DNA from: Octopus sinensis
Lineage: Eukaryota
Length of the DNA: 64,000 bases
Direction of reading: 5' to 3'
NCBI RefSeq assembly: GCF_006345805.1
Contig: NC_043007.1
Location: forward strand, 10,230,001-10,294,000
Numbering within the stretch: the first letter of the stretch is position 1; every line of letters begins with the position of its first letter. Below, piece by piece: positions 61,421 to 64,000 of the stretch. The translations under genes and the position numbers were made by a program. Under the pieces are notes generated by a model, which searched no databases, was not told where the DNA came from, and was given only the letters and a program-made list of their open reading frames with translations.

Positions 61421-62672
61421 ACACATACATGCACGCACACACACACACATACACACACACATACACATACATACACACACACACATATGAATATATATAT
61501 ATACATACGTCTGTGTGTGTGTGTGTGTGTGTGTGTGCATGTATCTGTATACTTATGTATGTGGCGGGTCTGTAAGTATATGTATGTGTCTTGTGGATCT
61601 GTACGTATATGTATGTGTGTGCCTGTATGTGTGGGTGTTGGCATGTGTGTAAGGGTCTGTATGTATATGCAAGTGTGTGTGTAGGTAGGTCTGTAGGTAT
61701 ATGTATGAGTATGTGGGCCTGTATGATGTATATAGGTAGGAGTGTATGTATAAGTATATACATCTGTATGTGTGGGAGAGTATGTATATGTATATATGTA
61801 AGTATGTGGGGAAGCGTATGTGTAGGTATTCTCTGCCTTATCTGTTCCTGTCCTTGACATCAACAACAATTAAGCCAATCCTAAAACGTACACACACATA
61901 CATATTCACATATACACACATACAAATATACATACTTATACACATACATATACATATATACACATCACACATATACACATACATATGCGCATGCACATAT
62001 ACACACATTCACACATACACATTCACATATATACAAACTCACACATGCACACACACACACGGATGCACATGTACGCACACACACACACACAAGCATACAG
62101 AGAACGTACATACACATAATTTATAATCACAAAGACCCTTTTAGAAAACCAATCAACCGGAACGACCTATAACCTATCCTGCAAGGAAACCAACCCAGCA
62201 GAACGACAAGCTTGACCACGGAAGAAAAACGTCATCGATTTTTTAACGAATCAAAATCAGATCTGCTCGCGGAAAAAAAATTTGTAAATACATTTTTTCC
62301 AAAAGCATACCATTGCAAGCGGAAGCGACAGTTTAAAGATCTGAGAAACCGTAATTTCCCCCTTTTACACTATTTCAATTCTCATATTGTTTTTTTTTTT
62401 TCAGTATGTCTTGTCGCCCACCACTGAAATAAATGAACCTTGTACATTCTAACAAATTAATATGCAGTTTTAATTTCAAACCTACACCTTCTGTTTTGAA
62501 CATGATAAGTTATCAACATTGAAACATTTTAATTTAACAACATTGAAACATTTCAGTTTGTCAACATTGAAACATTTTGATTTGTCAACATTGAAACTTA
62601 TAACGATGTTTTTCTAATTTTACCCTTTTACCATTGATAAACAAAAAATATTGTTGAAACTAGTTTGGTATA

Positions 62673-63470
62673 TCTCTCTATATATAAACGGCAGTTTGTC
62701 TGTCTGTGTGTCTGTGTGTCTGTCAGGTTGTACCCTCACTCTGACCACGGCTTTCAACCGGTTCTGATGAAACTTGACACACACATAGCCCAATGTCATA
62801 ATTCAAAACTAACGCAGCGAAAATTTTGAATAGTTCCCCCAGTTCTGAAAATAATCGATAAATTCGACATGGGGTCGAGAATCTAAGCTTTTTATATGCA
62901 ACACATTTTCTGTTGTAGTTTTCACAACTTGCAATTGATTTTGACCAAACTCATGGTGAAGCTTAATGTTACCCTAAGAAACTTAATTCTGATGTTAGTT
63001 TTCCATGCAATACCTTACCATCAGAAAAAATCGATAAAATCATGCCATTTTGGGAAATCGCGTTCAAATTCAAGATGACATCTTTTCGACAATATCTTTC
63101 ACAAATTGGCAGGAATTTTTTTTTAAATTCACAGCGAGCATCATGTCTGCTCCAAGGAGCTATATGGCCCTTTTTATTCCAATAGGTTACTTTATTACTG
63201 CAAAAAATCGGTTAATTAAATCATATGTGGCACACATAGCAAACCGATTTGTGTATTAAACACAAACTGTCTAGGGGACACAACTCGACCTTTTTATCGC
63301 CCAAAGGGACAGCTAGGAACATTCGTATACACAGAAGTATTCGAGTGAAGAGAAGACATTGCAACCTACACATGCGCCTTCGTTCCCTTGACGGAAAGGA
63401 CCAGATTGGGATTAGTCGTTGCCTACTAGGGGCTCTTACATACCCGGGCAACGCCGGGCTATGCTGCTAG
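62673..63470 (+). mobile_element. Non-autonomous Helitron, family 3 (~800 bp)
   Basis: A|TCTCTCTATATATAAAC 5' end with (TGTC)n; hairpin CCCGGGCAACGCCGGG; CTAG|T at 63467-63471. Confidence 0.88.
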
Positions 63471-63559
63471 TATGTAAATAAATGTATTTTAAACATTTAC
63501 GAGTTTTTGAAATTTAAGTGCCTTTTCAAAGACACATTTTCCTATATATGTTGCTTCCT

Positions 63560-63870
63560 TTCAGCACGTAAAAAGCACCATCCGAACGTGGCCGATTGCA
63601 GCGCCGCCTTGACTGGCTTCTCTGCCGGTGGCACGTAAAAAGCACCAACCGATCGTTGCCGCTGCAAACCCCCCTGGCACCTGTGCCGGCGGCACGAAAA
63701 AACCACCCACTACGCTCACAGAGTGGTTGGCGTTAGGAAGGTCATCCACCTGTAGAAACACTGCCAGATCAGACTGGAACCTGGTGCAGCCTCCTGGCTT
63801 CCCAGACCCCGGTCAAACTGTCCAACCCGTGCTAGCACGGAAAACGGACGTTAAGCGATGATGATGATTC
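63560..63870 (+). mobile_element. SINE-H 3' part with (GAT)n tail
   Basis: Duplicated GCACGTAAAAAGCACC; TGGTTGGCGTTAGGAAGG..GTAGAAAC; GGAAAACGGACGTTAAGCGATGATGAT. Confidence 0.7.
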
Positions 63871-64000
63871 TCCCTCTTTGTTTCTCTCTCTTTTCTCTCT
63901 CACTTTCCCCACTCTCTTACTCTTCCTTTCTCTCGGACTCTCCCTCGCTTTCTCTTACTCTCTATCTTTATCTATCTCTCTCCCATTTATAAACAACAAA

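Overview
This is an AT-rich eukaryotic genomic window dominated by transposable elements and microsatellites. Repeat content and SINE types suggest an octopod cephalopod (inference from recalled repeat families, not verified). The only confident host gene is a single-coding-exon rhodopsin-class GPCR at 26494-27765 (+), with a splice acceptor just upstream. The rest is nested repeats: at least five tRNA-derived SINE families (labelled SINE-A, -B, -C, -D, -H here), non-autonomous Helitrons, Tc1/mariner, pogo, hAT-like and 8-bp-TSD MITEs, and one complete Chapaev3-like DNA transposon. It also holds (AAT)n-associated R4/Dong LINEs, Penelope-like remnants with hammerhead ribozyme motifs, and CR1 and Tx1/L1 remnants. 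There are two long foldback hairpins, three stacked minisatellites, a 28S rRNA fragment and a 100-N gap. The most interesting signals are concatemeric SINEs inserted as single TSD-flanked units, an (AAT)n landing pad at 49.7-53.5 kb with a palindromic tRNA-derived element and a candidate non-autonomous Dong partner, and six hammerhead motifs of three core types. Also notable are a 28S fragment ending near the protostome hidden break, minisatellites carrying HSE-like and octamer motifs, and an orphan ORF at 33756-34166. All coordinates were read by eye; family names come from motif recognition and need database confirmation.
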